The notes beneath the pieces are model-generated. The model saw only the letters and a list, made by a program, of their open reading frames with translations, searched no databases and had not been told where the DNA came from. 64,000 nucleotides of DNA from the NCBI RefSeq assembly GCF_009914755.1, contig NC_060937.1; one strand, given 5' to 3'. Position numbers and translations under genes: made by a program. Below, one piece after another: positions 26,501-40,119 of this stretch; position 1 is the first letter of the stretch, and each line of letters begins with the position of its first letter. This DNA is from the human T2T-CHM13v2.0 reference genome, Homo sapiens.

Positions 26501-27725
26501 TGACTTAAAGCCAATGCTCATTTACCATTTCTGAAGTACCAGGGCCTTTAAAAATTATACTAAATCTACTCTGCCTGTGCTCTAGAAATGGAAAAACGAA
26601 GCCTAGATGACAGCACATCCTTTTACAGCAAGGTTAAATGAATATTCTAAGCCCATTGTTGAGAACCGCTACTCAGAAAAAGACTTCTAGCCACCTAAGA
26701 GCTCTGTTGGAGATGCACAAGGAGATTAAGGTTGTTTTCATGTCTGCTAACAGAACATCCACTCTGCTTCCCGTGGATCAAGGAGTCATTTCAACTTCCA
26801 AATATATTATTTAAGAAATACATTTTGTAAGGCGATAGCTGCCATGGAAAATTATTCCTTTGACAGATCTGGGCAAAATAAATTGAAAAACCTCTGGAAA
26901 GGATTCACCATTCTAGCTGCCATTAAGAACATTCATGGTTCATCAGAGGAGGTCAAAATATCAACTTTAATAGGAGTTTGGAAGAAATTAATTCCAATTC
27001 TCATGGATGAGTCCAAGGGGCTCAAGACTTCAGTGGAGGAAGTAACTGCAGATGTTGTTGAAATAGCAAGAGAACTAGAATTAGAAGTAAAGCCTGAAGA
27101 TGTGACTGAATTGTTAACAATACTGTGATAAAACTTGAAGGGATAAGGAGTTTCTTCTAATGAATAAGCAAAAATAGTGGTTTCTTAAGATGGAATCTAC
27201 TCCTGGTGAAGATGCTGTGAATATTGTTGAAATGAGAACTGATCTAAAATATTCCATAAACCTAGATGAAAAATCAGTGTCAGGATTTGACAGCATTGAC
27301 TCCAATTTTGAAAGAAGTTCTACTGTGGGTAAAATGCTATCAAACAGCATCACGTTACCAAGAAATTTTTCATAAAATGAAGATCAATCGATGTGGCAAA
27401 CTTCATTGTCTTATTCTGAGAAATTGCCACAGCCATCCCAACCTCAGCAACCGCCACCCTGATCAGTCGGCATCCATCAGCATAGAGATAAGACCTTCCA
27501 CTAGCAAACAAGTTAAGACTCACTGAAGGCTCAGATGATCATTAGCATTTTAAAGTATTTTGTAACTCAAGTAGGTACATTCTTTTTATGGACATAATGC
27601 TATTGCATACTTAAGACTACAGTATAAACATAAGTTTTATATGCACTAGGAAACCAAAAATTTATATGACTTATTTTATTATGGTGATCAGAAATTGAAT
27701 CCACAGCATCTCCAAGGTGTGCTTA
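23574..27725 (+). mobile_element. Tigger1 DNA transposon, decayed, interrupted by a retrocopy
   Basis: TA-flanked TIRs CAGGTATACCTC and AAGGTGTGCTTA. Transposase remnants SLTLNQKLEIIKL (ORF 23935) and [11 protein letters not shown] (ORF 26844). Confidence 0.93.
24416..26269 (+). pseudogene. RIOK3 processed pseudogene
   Basis: Intronless. Peptides SCSLADIMSEQL, ENIDTSSDLMLAQ, MWAESEIHNL and PAPKLKEVKL match RIO kinase 3. Part of the 5' UTR is kept, the ATG is lost and stops are frequent. AATAAA at 26242-26247, A-tract at 26262-26269, degenerate TSD at 24402-24415 and 26266-26279. Confidence 0.95.
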
Positions 27726-29979
27726 TAACTATCTTCCCTCAGTTTACTGGAAATATGCTCTAGTATTTATATTTATAGATGCTTATAAGCATGTACAATG
27801 AGGTTGTTTTAGATTTAGAGAACAGTATCAGGAAATCTGTGAATTGCAAAGTCACCTGTCAAAAAGGTTTCTTTTTAATTCATTTTAAAAATAAGAGTTT
27901 ATGATGTAATTGCCTCAGTCTGTCCCCAGTTTATTGAAGTGATGGACACAAGATGCTCTTTCTAAAGCAAGTCCATTTTTAAGATGTGGTCCACTCTCTT
28001 TAGAGACATAACAGCAAGAAAGCAACCCTGAAACATAGGTAGGGAATTCTGAGTTTAAAAATTGACTTTATTCCAAAAATCTAAAAAGCAGTTGTTTCAA
28101 CTGACCACTTTAAAAAAATACAACTGTGTACATAGCGATCATGTTGCTAAGATATCACACAAAATATACGCAACTATTAATATAGTTGAAATGTGGCCGA
28201 AGACCTATGTCCTGAGAGCAGACCCAGTCATTCAGAGAGGACAGGAGAAGGATGACAAAACAGAGCTTTTCTTACTCATTGCTAATGGCAGGGATTATTT
28301 AAAAGAGTTGTGAAATTGCTTTCTCACTTCACTTTTTATACTGTTCTCTTGGTGCATGGCACCCCTCTCCACTGACAACCACAAGCCCAGGGCCTTGTCG
28401 TTCTTCATTTCCCCTTCTGTATTCCCTATCCTCTTCTCCAGACTCACTCCCAGAAACCATTTACTTCATTTTCCTAAAACCACATTTCAGAATCTATTTG
28501 TGGGATGGCTCTTGGGTTGAAGTTAGAAAAAAGACAATTAAACCCTGTGTCTGATATTGCTCTGGTAAGAAATTGTAATAGTCCTTTGCCTAAATCACAT
28601 GATGATAATGAGGAATAAAATTTAAAATATAAACCATAGGAATGCATGGTGTCAACTAAGTTGCAAGCCAAATTCTAAGTATTATTTTGTTGGGCCAATC
28701 TACAAATGTGTGAAGAACTCATAGCCCATTAACACGTTGATAATTCTATACATTTTAGCAAGCAGATAATAACCTTAACGAATCTCTAATTGGTAAAATT
28801 TTAGGTAGTGTTATGAGCACGGGTGAAAAAGAGTCAGGAATTTGGAAGAAATTTACTTTGTGCAAGGGATGAATCACCCAAACAGTAAGCTCCTCAGAGT
28901 CTGCCAGTGTCAGGGTTCCAGAAGCTCATCCTAACTTCTCAGTTTTATTTCTATATTTCTTTTTTCCAAAATTATTTCTTATTTGCAATATGTATATTAT
29001 ATACATGTATACATATTTCTTTTACACACATACCTTTTATAAATTAGAAGTAACTGAAATACATATAATCTAGTAAAAAAGTAATTTTGAAGGAGTACAT
29101 ATACATATGTAATACATATATATAGTTTGATGGCAAGAACAAAGGAAACTTCATGTGTTTCTAGGGGAGTTTCTGTCAGTGGTTTCTGAGGAGTAAATGA
29201 CAAGGGATAGCTGTTCATTAGGAAATGTCATCTGTCAATGGTAAGGAATGAATGGTCTTACCCAAGTGTTCACTCTGATTATAGTCTCTAGTATAGCCAT
29301 ACAAAAACATTAGTTCTGAAAAATAATTCAAGTCATTCTAGAAAATGATTCAGTCATTGAATCAAGTCAATTATTCAAGTCCATAGTTTCTCCTATTTGA
29401 GAAAAGGCCAGACATTTTCTTCCTTAAATAAGAGGCACATAATCTAACGCTGCATCTTAAGAAGCATGGGTGATGTTCAGCTACAAAACTTACTTTAGAA
29501 CACAGTTTAGACTGATAAAATAGGAAAGGCTACAAAAAATGACATATAAGGGTGCCCTCTCCAGAAGGCCAAAGAGCCAACAACTCAACTGGAGTGAGAA
29601 TGAACTGGATAACTTCATGTTCATGCTATGTCTTTGCAGCTCCTAAAAGTAAGACGATGGTAAGGATAATTTGATACTGTGCTTTAGATTAAGAATATTT
29701 CTCCTTACCACATTTCCACCAAAAATGTCTTGTAACCTCAGTAGGGCATTTAGGTCAAAGACGTAAGTTCTAATATTACAGGTCTTTACCCCACAGTTCC
29801 CTTTGTTCCCATCCCAGCCACTTACTATAATATCTGAAATTTCCTCAAGGTACATGAGTCTTGATGGAAAGTCCGAGAACACTTGGACACAAGGCATTAG
29901 GAACACTAAATGCTACTTGATCAGGGAAACTTATGTTGGGCTAAGAGTAGATATCCTGGGCAAATGGAGGGCAGTGTGC

Positions 29980-30515
29980 TGTCTTTGTCAGATACCTATC
30001 ACTGTATAACAAACTATCCAAATTTAGTGCCTTGAAACAACAATCATGAATTTACACACGGTTCTGCAACTTAGACAGGCTGGGTAGGAATGGATTGTTC
30101 CCATGTGGCATCAGCTGGGGCACTCAAGAGGTTACATTTTCCTGGTAGAGTGGAAGCAGAAAAAAAGAAGAGGCTATACTCAGTGGAAGCTCAGCTGAGA
30201 CTGCAAGGACAGTCTGATGCCTCAGCTGGGATGGCTGGAATATGTAGGGACCTGTTGGACATCTCTCTTCCTGTTTCTACGTAGTCTTTCCTGAAGGGTA
30301 GCTGGACCTCTTTATAAGAGCTCCAAGAGAGTGAATGCAGAAGTTCCAGGTCTCTTAAGGCTTAGGCCTGGTACTGGTATGGCTTTACTTCTGTGGCATT
30401 CCCAGTGGTCAAAACAAATCACAAGGCCATCCCCAATTTAAGGGGAAGTAAATAGATTCCACCTGTTGGATGGGAAGAGTAGCCAAAAAAATAAAATAAA
30501 GTAACCATCTTTAAC
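29980..30515 (-). mobile_element. Old MLT1 LTR (G/H-like)
   Basis: TAACAAACTATCCAAATTTAGTG...CACAAGGCCATCCCCAATTTAAGGGG; subfamily uncertain. Confidence 0.65.
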
Positions 30516-30739
30516 CCAAAATAATGTGCCTACATACAAAGTTTGGCAGTCACTACAAACCAGATAGAAAGTTATTCCCAAGGGGGACTGAGAACAATCT
30601 GAAGATAATTGTTGCCATTGTTGTTTTCAGTTTTGCAGATTTCCAGCCAACTTCATTCATTACCATGTGCCTCTGGGCCTACACTTGGCCATTCATAACC
30701 TTCTAAGCACCCATTTTCAGAGCAACAAAGTGTAGAATA

Positions 30740-31363
30740 GCAGTGACAAACTGCAGCCTACAATGGTTGTTTTTGTAAATAAAGTTTTATTGGAACATAT
30801 CTCTACCCTGTCATTTGCATACTGTTTATGGCCGCTTTTGTGCTGTAACAGCAAAGTTGAGTAATTGTGACAAAGACCTTATGGTCCACAAAGTCAAAGA
30901 TGTTTACTTTATGGCCTTATTTGTTTGCTAGGTCTACTGCAACAAAGCACCACAGACTGGGCGGCTAAAACAACAGAAATTTATTGTCTCACAGTTCTGG
31001 AGCCTAGAAGTCTGAGATCAAGGTGTTGCCAGGGTTGATTCCTACCGAGGGCTGGAAGAGAAGGATGTGTTCCAGGCCTCTCTCCTTGGCTTGCAGATGG
31101 CCACCTTCTCCCTGTGTCTTCACATTGTCTTGCTTCTCTGCCTGAGTCCACATTTTCCTCTTCTTTGAAGGACACCAGTCATATCGAATGAGGACCCATA
31201 CTAATGACCTCATTTTTAACTTACTTCTGTAAAGACTCTATCTCTAAATAAGGTCACATCCTGAAGTAGTAGGGGTTAGGAATTCAACATATGAATTAGC
31301 AGGGGTTGAGGCATAATTCATCCCATACAATGGCCCTTTACAGATACAGTGTGCTAAGGCCTG
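30740..31363 (+). mobile_element. MER58A-like hAT element split by an MLT1 LTR
   Basis: GTTTTTGTAAATAAAGTTTTATTGGAAC; resumes TGGCCCTTTACAG after 31330. Confidence 0.85.
30917..31330 (-). mobile_element. MLT1B/C LTR
   Basis: AACAACAGAAATTTATTGTCTCACAGTTCTGGAG; TSD TGGCC at 30912-30916 and 31331-31335. Confidence 0.88.
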
Positions 31364-31384
31364 CAATAGAGGGGAAAAGGCTCA

Positions 31385-31580
31385 GCCAGCTGTTACAAGC
31401 CTTAAATTCTAGTTCAATTCTGCCCCTTCCTACTTGGGGCACTATGAACAAGTCACCAATACTCTGATTCTCTTTCTATATCAGTAAATTGGGTTCAATT
31501 GGACTGCACATGATGCAGAGTGAGTGTAAGATCAAGTTGCGATGCTGTGCAAGAGAGTAGCATGAAGAATAAAAGGTATT
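31385..31580 (+). mobile_element. MIR, degraded
   Basis: TTCAATTCTGCCCCTTCCTAC...TATATCAGTAAATTGGG. Confidence 0.5.
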
Positions 31581-32236
31581 GCCTATGAGTTATATTTATA
31601 TTATATATTCTTGGAATAATTTACTGCCATTCAACCCTGGGGCTTTGTATATTTGAACTTGAGCTTGGCTCACTAATATATTTAGTGGGAAATATATTAG
31701 CAGCTTCCTCCTGGTTGAAGAAGGAAGTGGCTGCTGTGGTCCAACTTGTTAAATGTTTCTGAATCACTCTGCTCAGTATATAATGACCTATAGTTTTCTC
31801 AATATCTGAAGGCTTCCTTCAGGAGCTTCTGACACAATTTCTTCTCGTGTGTCCCACCTGCCTACCTGGTGTACTCATTGGCTTGCATCACTCTTTGGTA
31901 ACTGTAGTTTGGGAGCCTGAGACTTCTGGTCTGGCTGAAGTCCAGGATCTTATTTTAGTTTCCTCCGTTCTGCCACTGGATAGCACAGTTAGTCTCAGAT
32001 GCCCATCTCTACCTAAAAGTTTTTAGAACCAAACTCTTTCCAATGCCTGACCCATCCTGGACCTTTACCTCCATCCTTGTGTTCTACCTCCCACACCTCA
32101 AATAAGAAGCTAGGAAACTCATTCTTTTCCCTCCTGCACTAAATTGTGTAAGTCAGATCATTTCCATTCAAGGCAGAGCTTCCTATGTCTCCTATTTGTA
32201 CTAGACCTTATAAGACATGTTGTTAAGTAAGGAAGG

Positions 32237-32567
32237 TGTCTTAGTTGGTTGGGACTCTTATAACAAACTACCTTAATCTGGGTATCTTATAAACAATAGG
32301 AATTAATTTCTCACAGTTCCAGAGGCTGGGAAGTTCAAGATCAAGCTACCAGTGGATTAGGTGTCTGGCAAGGGCTCACTTTCTCATAGATATTACCTTT
32401 TTATTGTGTTGTTCTCTTCATTAATGGGCTTCCTTGTGTCTGTCTTAGAAGGGCACTAACCCAGGCATGAGGAATCACTTCCCAGAGGTCCCACCTCCTA
32501 ACCATCACCTTGGGGGTTAGCATTTTAGCATATTATTTTGGAAGGACACAATATCCAGACCATGGCA
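32237..32567 (-). mobile_element. MLT1A/MSTD-type LTR
   Basis: TGTCTTAG...CAGACCATGGCA; TSD GAAGG/GGAGG. Confidence 0.8.
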
Positions 32568-32860
32568 GGAGGAAAGATGATTCCATTGATTTCATAAGAT
32601 GACATCATTGTCAGTTTGTCAGTTTTGTTTGGTAGGTGACTTCCTATTAGTTTGTGCTTTTCAACTTAAAAATTATTTTAAAAGAGCTCAGGAAAAATGG
32701 CACTAAGTTATCCATCTAAAGTGGTAAATGCAACTAAACAAAAAAAACTCCCAAAAAGAACAATGAAATCATCTGACCTTAGCAAAGCTATTAGTTTTTG
32801 CTGAGTATGTGTTTAGGTAGATAATTCTATCCAGCTGTGCCAAGATAGTACTCATACTGA

Positions 32861-33166
32861 ATTTTTTATTTTTTTTATTTTTTTGACACAGGGTCTCACT
32901 CTGTCACTCAGCCTGGAGTTCAGCGATGGGATCACAAATCACTGTAGCCTCTACCTCCCAAGCTCAAGCAATTCTCCCATCTCAGCCTCCCAGGTAGCTG
33001 GAGCTACAGGCATGTGCCATCATGCCTAGCTGATTTTTTAAACTTTTTCTAGAGACAGGGTCTCACTATGTTGCCCAGGATGGATTTGAACCTGTGGGCT
33101 CAAGTCATCCTCCCACCTCAGCCTCCCAAAGTGCTGGCATTACAGGCTTTACCACCACGCCCAGCT
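32861..33166 (-). mobile_element. AluJ
   Basis: J-type GGGTCTCACTATGTTGCCCAGG and GGCTCAAG. Confidence 0.9.
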
Positions 33167-34533
33167 GGAATTTGTTTCTAATGGAGAAAAATACAGTGCT
33201 GTTAATCTTATTTGACACATTATGAAATGCCATGCAAATCTCTCCCATGTCAATATGCTACCTTGTCCTTTTTTTTCTATTTGCTGGGCTTGAACTTTTC
33301 CAAAGAATGTATCACTTGGCGAAGTCAATTTACTGAAATGAGTATGTGTCGCTGTCATTCTGGAAAAAGAGACGACAGTGCTATATGCCATAACCAAAAG
33401 CCACTCCTGTGTGGCATTTTACAACTCTGCCAGGTATCTGCTGGAGACTGCATGCCAAGGGATCTTGAAACTCTCAGCAGATGTGATTATAACTTTGCCC
33501 ACTACTCATAAGCTATTTCCATTTGCTCTGACATCTTAGCAGCAAACCATACATACTCAATGTTAGCAGTGACATGAGTGACTCAGGCATGGCTCTCTTC
33601 AACTAAACTTCAAATCAATTAAGAAGAAATACTTAAACGACAACAACTAAACCAGTTTCTTTGACTTCTGAGCTAATTCTAACCAATTCATTAAGCTTTA
33701 ACTTGGTGCTACATTTTTGCTTTGTTGAATTGAAATTTATGAAAAAGATTTAGCCAAAGACGAGCATGCAATTAAAAAGTGTAAAATGAGCTGAGGTCTC
33801 TAGTCTGTCATTTTAAAAAACAGGGGAGGTCTCCAATTATCCAATAGAATAGAATTAATAAAACTGATGTGTGTCATAATAGATTTTACTCCAATAGAAC
33901 AACATTATTACATCTGATTGTAAATCACATGAATACTTTCTGGCAACCAAAAGGAAAAAATCCACACTGTTGATAATTGTATAGCTTCTCACATACCAAA
34001 ATGTATGGTATATGCTACTCGTATCATTAAAGTCTTACTATATTATAATGTGGTAATCTAATTTCTCTAAGTGCCTCATTATTTTTCATTTCAACTGCCA
34101 AATGTACATATATTTTATGTTGTTAGTGAATTAAATGGAGACACGCTAAGCAGATTGATATTCTGGATTCGCTCTGTGATTTAAACATACTAATTGCAGT
34201 GTAAAATAAGAAAAAAATGTGCTATTTCCTGTAGATCACACCCTGTGGTTTATAATAGAGGCAATCTGTATTGTGCCTAGAAACATATTGTATACAAAAA
34301 ACTGGTGTGATAAATAGTATGATTTCAAATGAGTATAGTTGCATATTTAAATCAGAATATTTGAGATGTCAGCTAAATTTGAGTTCTTAAACGCGTCTGT
34401 GGGTAAATTGTGTTGTAATGTGCATAGCTCAGCCTCGTGAGAGTATAGTCACTTAATAACTACTCATTGTCCCCAGCAATAACATCTCTTGGGTGATGAT
34501 AGACATGATTAACATACAGAAATAAAACAGAAT

Positions 34534-35423
34534 GGTATATCGGCTAGCTATGACTGGCTAACAAATCATACCAATACGTAGTCCCAAAAAAAAAAAAAAG
34601 ATTCAGCTCCTAAGTGTTGGCAATTTTGGCTGTGCTCGGTTGAGTTGTTCATCTGGTCATGGCAGAGCACCTTTACATGTTGTTGTCAGCTGCAAGTTAG
34701 GCTGATAGCTTTGCTGATTGTATTACTCCATTTTTGCATTGTATAAAGAACTACCTGACACTGGGTAATTTATAAAGAAAAGAGATTTAATTGGCTCATG
34801 GTTTTGCAGACTCTAGAGGAAGCATGGTTGGAGAGGCCTCAGGAAACTTACAATCATGGTGGAAGGCAAAGGGGAAACAGGGACATCCTACATGGCTGGA
34901 GCAGGAGGAAGAGAGAGAGGAGGGGAAGGTGGCCACAGACTTTTAAACAACCAGGTCTCATGATAACTCACTCCCTGTCATGAGAAGAGCAAGGGGGAAA
35001 TCTGCCCCCATGATCCACTCACCTCCCACCAGGCCCCTCCTCCAACACAGGGGACCACAGTTCTAGATGAGATATGAGCAGGGACACAAATGCAAACCAT
35101 ATCGGTAATCTTGGCTGGGGTCTCTCCATGTCTGGGACCTCAGCTGGGGCAACTAAGCTTACGTGGCTCTGGTGACTGGCCTCTCATCCTCCAGCAGACT
35201 AGCCTGGGCATAAGAAATCAAGCAAAAGCACTTAAGGCCTCATGAGGCCTGGACCTGAAACTGCCACACCATCACTGGCACTGAATTCTATTAGGTAAGC
35301 CTGATTTAAGGGTGAAAAAATAGACTCCACCTCATGACTGGGGGAGCTGTAAGATCAGATGGCAAAAGGACATAGATATAGATAAGGGTAGGAAATTGCA
35401 GCCATGTTTGGAAGCAATCTCCA
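34534..35423 (-). mobile_element. Old MLT1 LTR split by an MST LTR
   Basis: GCTTTGCTGAT and CTTGGCTGGG are continuous across the insertion. Confidence 0.65.
34719..35104 (-). mobile_element. MSTA/B LTR
   Basis: CTGGGTAATTTATAAAGAAAAGAGATTTAATTGGCTCA...CAAACCATATC. Confidence 0.88.
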
Positions 35424-36519
35424 ATTGATGGTGACCTATTAAAGGTGACATTTTGGATAAATATATTAAAAGAGTTCATCATGTCTATCAGTAGAATCAG
35501 CTGAGGGACCCCAAACATTACTGCCAGAGACTGGAGAAAGTTCAAATTCTTCCCTCTAAATCATCTATGCCTATTTTCATTCCTGTCCATGGGATCTTAT
35601 CGAATGATTACACAAAGAGCCAGTGGCCAAATGGAATTCATTTATTCTTTTATTGATAACTGCTGACAGGCCCTGACCATCCATGACCAGGTAGGTAGAG
35701 GACATTGATAAGAGCTGCTTAATAAAGTCCTCTGACAAATCAGTAAGTCCTTTTGGAGAAAAGGCTGTAGAGAAGAGACTGGTAATATGTCTAACACAGG
35801 AACCTTTACTCATGGAGAAAATGTGATTCAGAGAATATTCTGGACCTCTGCCCATCAAGATGAGCAATTGTCCCTCTTTAGAATATCAGTAGCTAGAAAA
35901 GAGGTGATTAGAAATAGGCCTAGCTTGCCTCTGGTATTTCAAATCCTAAAACCCTACATAAAAAGTTGATGACAACATCAAAAATAACAATAACAACAAA
36001 CAGAGTTTGAAGTTAGATCTTCTGCCAAAATCTCCATCAGACTAATGCAGGTGCTCCATGCATGTCACCAGCTTTGTTCTTCTCTCCTCCCAGAGCACTA
36101 ACCCAATATGCTTGTGGTTTCACCCTTTAAAAGAAACTGACAAACAAAAATACCCATGTAACTTCATAATAACTTTACCACCTGCAATAGTGATCTGGCA
36201 GCTATGATAGTAGTATCGCCCTCTTCCATAATATGTATAAAAAGAGTATCAGATGCTATAGATTGATATTTTTCCTCTGTTTAACCCAAGTTCATAATTT
36301 AATCCTAGGAGAGTAAGGTAAAATAACCAGAATCCCTGTATTAGAACTGCTAATCCCAGCTTTATCAGTAAATGGCTGTGTGATCTTGAAGACTCAGAGA
36401 ACCATATTTTCCTCTTTTCTTTCTGCTTATCAGAACTTACGTATGTTTCAACCTCTTGCAATTTATAAAAAATAAAACATAATTTAAAGCCTCCACTAAT
36501 CCCCCCTTTCTATCTAGTG

Positions 36520-37685
36520 ATTACTGTCCCCCACCTCTTCTTCTTAGTCGAATTTCTACTTTAATTCCCTTCATTTCCTCATGTTCAACTCAAGTGTGAG
36601 CCCACTGTCGTCTGGCATTAGCCACCCCCAATTCCCCAATTCTACTAAATTTCTGCTAAAACCATGAGTGACTTAATGTTATTAAATCCAGTAGAAACTT
36701 TTAAATTATCTTTTCTGACTGCTTAGAAATATTGATACTACTAACCATATTGTTTCTTCTTAGAATACTCTCCATTTTTAATGTCCTTTCTCTTCCCTGG
36801 TACATCTTCCTCTACCTAATCAGAGTTCTAACCCTACTTTCTTCTCTCTTCTCAATTCATACTCTCTCCAGTTTATCCCCATGCCTTCAATTATATCTAT
36901 ATGGTGCTAAATCCCAAATTGAGCTCCACACTCATATTTCCATATTCCCAGCTGTCCACGTTACCTATCTATTTGAATATTTTAGAGGCAGTTTAAGTCA
37001 ACATATTCAAAACTGATCTCATCATGTTTTCCCCTTAAACTTACCCCTTTTCCAGCATTCTTAAACTAGAACTTCAAGATCATCTCTGACTCCTCCTTCT
37101 CCTGGTTTACAAGATCCCAACAATCATCTGTATCTCCTGAGTGTCTCCTGAAGCCATCCATTTATGTCCATCTCCCCTTCCTCATGCTAATTCAAGTTAA
37201 TCTTTTGCCTAGTGTATGGCAAGTGTTCTAGTTGACTTCCCCCTCCATTCTGATTCCTCTGTGATCCACTCTCCATTTTCTAGCCCAAGAAAAATAAATC
37301 TGATTACGTCATTCCCCAACTTCAACTCTTCAATGCTTTCCCATTTCCCTTGCTCCAGCATTACTTCTTGACACTCGCCCCCCAGATTTTTACATTTGAC
37401 CTTCTTTGAGCTTCCGGATAATTTTATTTTTTTTACAATTGCATATGCTTTTATTTTTTACCTGGAATGTTTTTCTACCCCATCTTCATAGTAATTTTTT
37501 TTTACCCTCCTGGCATGTGTGTACTTCCATATCACACTCAATTGCTTGTTCAGTAGCTGTGTTTCCTAGAGATTGTGTGCTTCCCGGAGCAGGGGCTCTG
37601 CCAAAAGCTTTCTACCTAGTAACATGCCTGGTACATACATAATAGTTGCTTATTAATAAATGTTTCTTGAATAAATAAAGAATCC
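36520..37685 (+). mobile_element. L2 fragments ending in the L2 3' tail
   Basis: Pyrimidine-rich L2 body; tail CCTGGTACATA...AATAAATGTTTCTTGAATAAAT. Confidence 0.75.
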
Positions 37686-38329
37686 CTAGACCTCTGGGTT
37701 CCCCACCGCCCCCCGCCCCCGCCTCCAACCCTCAATTGAGAGAGGAAATGTGAATTTCTATGCCAACTCCTTGTACTAGCAACTTCTTAAGGTTGACTAG
37801 ATGACCCAACGGGTAATTTTTTTTTTTAATGGTGACAGTTTTTTGAAATACAATGCCTTTGGAAATGAAAAAGATATTGCAAAATCTCTGTGTACTACTT
37901 AAATAAATGACTTGAGAAGGTTTGGGGAAGGACCAAAGAACCAAATTATCATGAAGGAAAAAACAGCCTCAAATTTAAATGACATAGTTAGCAACCTTAG
38001 GCATTTCAGTTAGAAGCTCATTGTTACCAATCTTACTACCCTCTGATTTTCCAAATTACTAATCTTCATGCTCTCTCAAGATCCCTGGTAACTTGCCACC
38101 TAACACTATCTCAGAGTTTAATCACCTTCATTCCTCTTTTTTACCTTCTGTTTTTTTTTTTTTTTTTTTACAAATATGTATTATGAGACATACACTGTAC
38201 CAGGCAGTAGGGGTAGAAACATAATTATCACATAGTTCTAGCCATTTCCATTTGCTATGAAAACTATGGAAATCATCTGATATAATGTCATGCTAAAGAG
38301 GAAAGAATCCGTGGCCAGAAAGGTGTGGC

Positions 38330-39035
38330 TTTGGATCTAACATCTAGTGCTTACTAAATCTGTGTGTTTCAGCATAGTTCCTGCAACTTTGAGCTTCAGT
38401 TTTCTTATATTTAGAATAGGTAAGCATAGCTATGCAGGACAGTGCTTCAGGTGGTCTTGGAGCAACTTATTCTCACTTCTTCTTGCTTGTAGTTCTCAAA
38501 AATAACTATAAAATATGCAGGGAATGCTACATACTGATATAAGGAGGAACTGGCCAGGACATCCTGGACTCTGGTACAGTCGCTTTTAGAAACATGATGC
38601 CCTTCAATGCTTTAAGTCCAGCAAGCCATGGTGCCTTTTAGGTATAAAACCCAGAGTGGGCTGCTTTACTGGGTTCCTCATCTGCCGTGCAAGTAGGACT
38701 CACACAAATGAAATTCCATTTAATCCTGGGCAGCTCTTTTGAGGCGTGGGGAGCCCACTTGCCCTGACTCATAGGTTTCTACTGTCCCTTTCTGCCTATC
38801 TCTAAGTAATTAACCAGCTTCATGTAATTTGTTGTGTGGGCCAGTGTTCTGTCTCACTCGTTTCAGGTAAGTAGTAGAAACTGCAGTCCAAGATGCAGCG
38901 GGCTGAAGTAGTAATCAGTGCATGGTAAACTTGCTTTACACCCTTCCCCAAACAACTATCAAAACTACCAATAGAATTAAATGACATAGCAATTGAAGCA
39001 TCTAGTATGTGCCTTGAATAGAAGTGCTCGGTAGA
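38330..39035 (+). mobile_element. MIR split by an LTR
   Basis: Core GAGCTTCAGTTTTCTTATATTTAGAATAGG; resumes GAATTAAATGACA after 38940. Confidence 0.6.
38432..38940 (+). mobile_element. Solo LTR, probably ERVL class, family unresolved
   Basis: TG...CA ends, TATAAAA at ~38644, LTR-like 3' end AACTTGCTTTACA. Confidence 0.7.
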
Positions 39036-39357
39036 GTTATCTATAATAACCTTTTAACAACCTGAAAGAACAACTTGCCAACATATCAAGGATTGAAGTA
39101 ACAGTGATAATGAAAGCACAAGGAAACACCAAGGAAATGGAAAAACTGACACTTCTTTTATTACAAATACTTGTTCTTTATCAGTCACATTATGAAGAAA
39201 TAAACAATAGTGATAATCACAACATATCCAATAAACCACTCTCCCATAAAACTTAATATTCTGTCATTAAGAACAATGATTTGTACATAACAAATAAGAT
39301 ATAATTAACCAATGACTGAATGCATCTTTTTTTGTAATATCTTAGTTTATGTTCTCT

Positions 39358-39588
39358 AATAATGACAATATTTGGTGAACTTGTACATGTGCTAGTTCTT
39401 GTTCTAAGTACTTTACATATGTTAACTCATTTAATCCTCCTGATAACCTGTAAAGTGGATCCTATTTTCTTTATTGCATCAATATGTAAGCCAAGGCACT
39501 AAAGGATTATGTAATTTACCAAGGTCACATACTCGGTAGGTGGAGAAATTTGGGCAATCTGAGCCAAAAATTCATGCTCTTTAACTAA
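39358..39588 (-). mobile_element. MIR
   Basis: TTAACTCATTTAATCCTC...CCAAGGTCACA. Confidence 0.8.
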
Positions 39589-39679
39589 TGTATACACATG
39601 TAAACATACATATATTATGTTGCTTTTTTTTAGACTAACAGCAGTATCTTTTCCGAAAAACTAAGATTCCCATCTCAGA

Positions 39680-40110
39680 ATGAAGTAACAATATGCTACC
39701 CCAAAATGTGCCACTTTGGCATAAGGATTCCTTTGAGCTGGAGACAATTGAAAAGAAGCAGATACAAGAACACCTCTCTCTCCTCTCCCTATTTGCCTAA
39801 AAACAGGGTATAAATTTATGAGTATATTTCTCCTCCCATCTCTGAAAGGAAGGACAAATATAATCATCAGACTTTAGACCTTTACCAGCCTAGAGACAGC
39901 ACTGGCAAAATCTACACAACAAACTTTACTAACTAGCCTTTGTCCACCATTATTTTCCCACATATATTTGCCTTCCCACAATTTGCTGCCCCTGGAGCCT
40001 CAAGGTTCTTTTCCTTTGTCTTGTCACACCTCTAAACTTTATTGTTCTCTGATGAAGATGCTATATAAGCTGTAAGCCATCTCTTGGAGAGTTACTCTTT
40101 CCCTGAGTAG
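39680..40110 (+). mobile_element. MER34-family LTR, 3' truncated
   Basis: ATATGCTACCCCAAAATGTGCCACTTTGGCATAAGGATT. Confidence 0.8.
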
Positions 40111-40119
40111 CTGGTGAGT

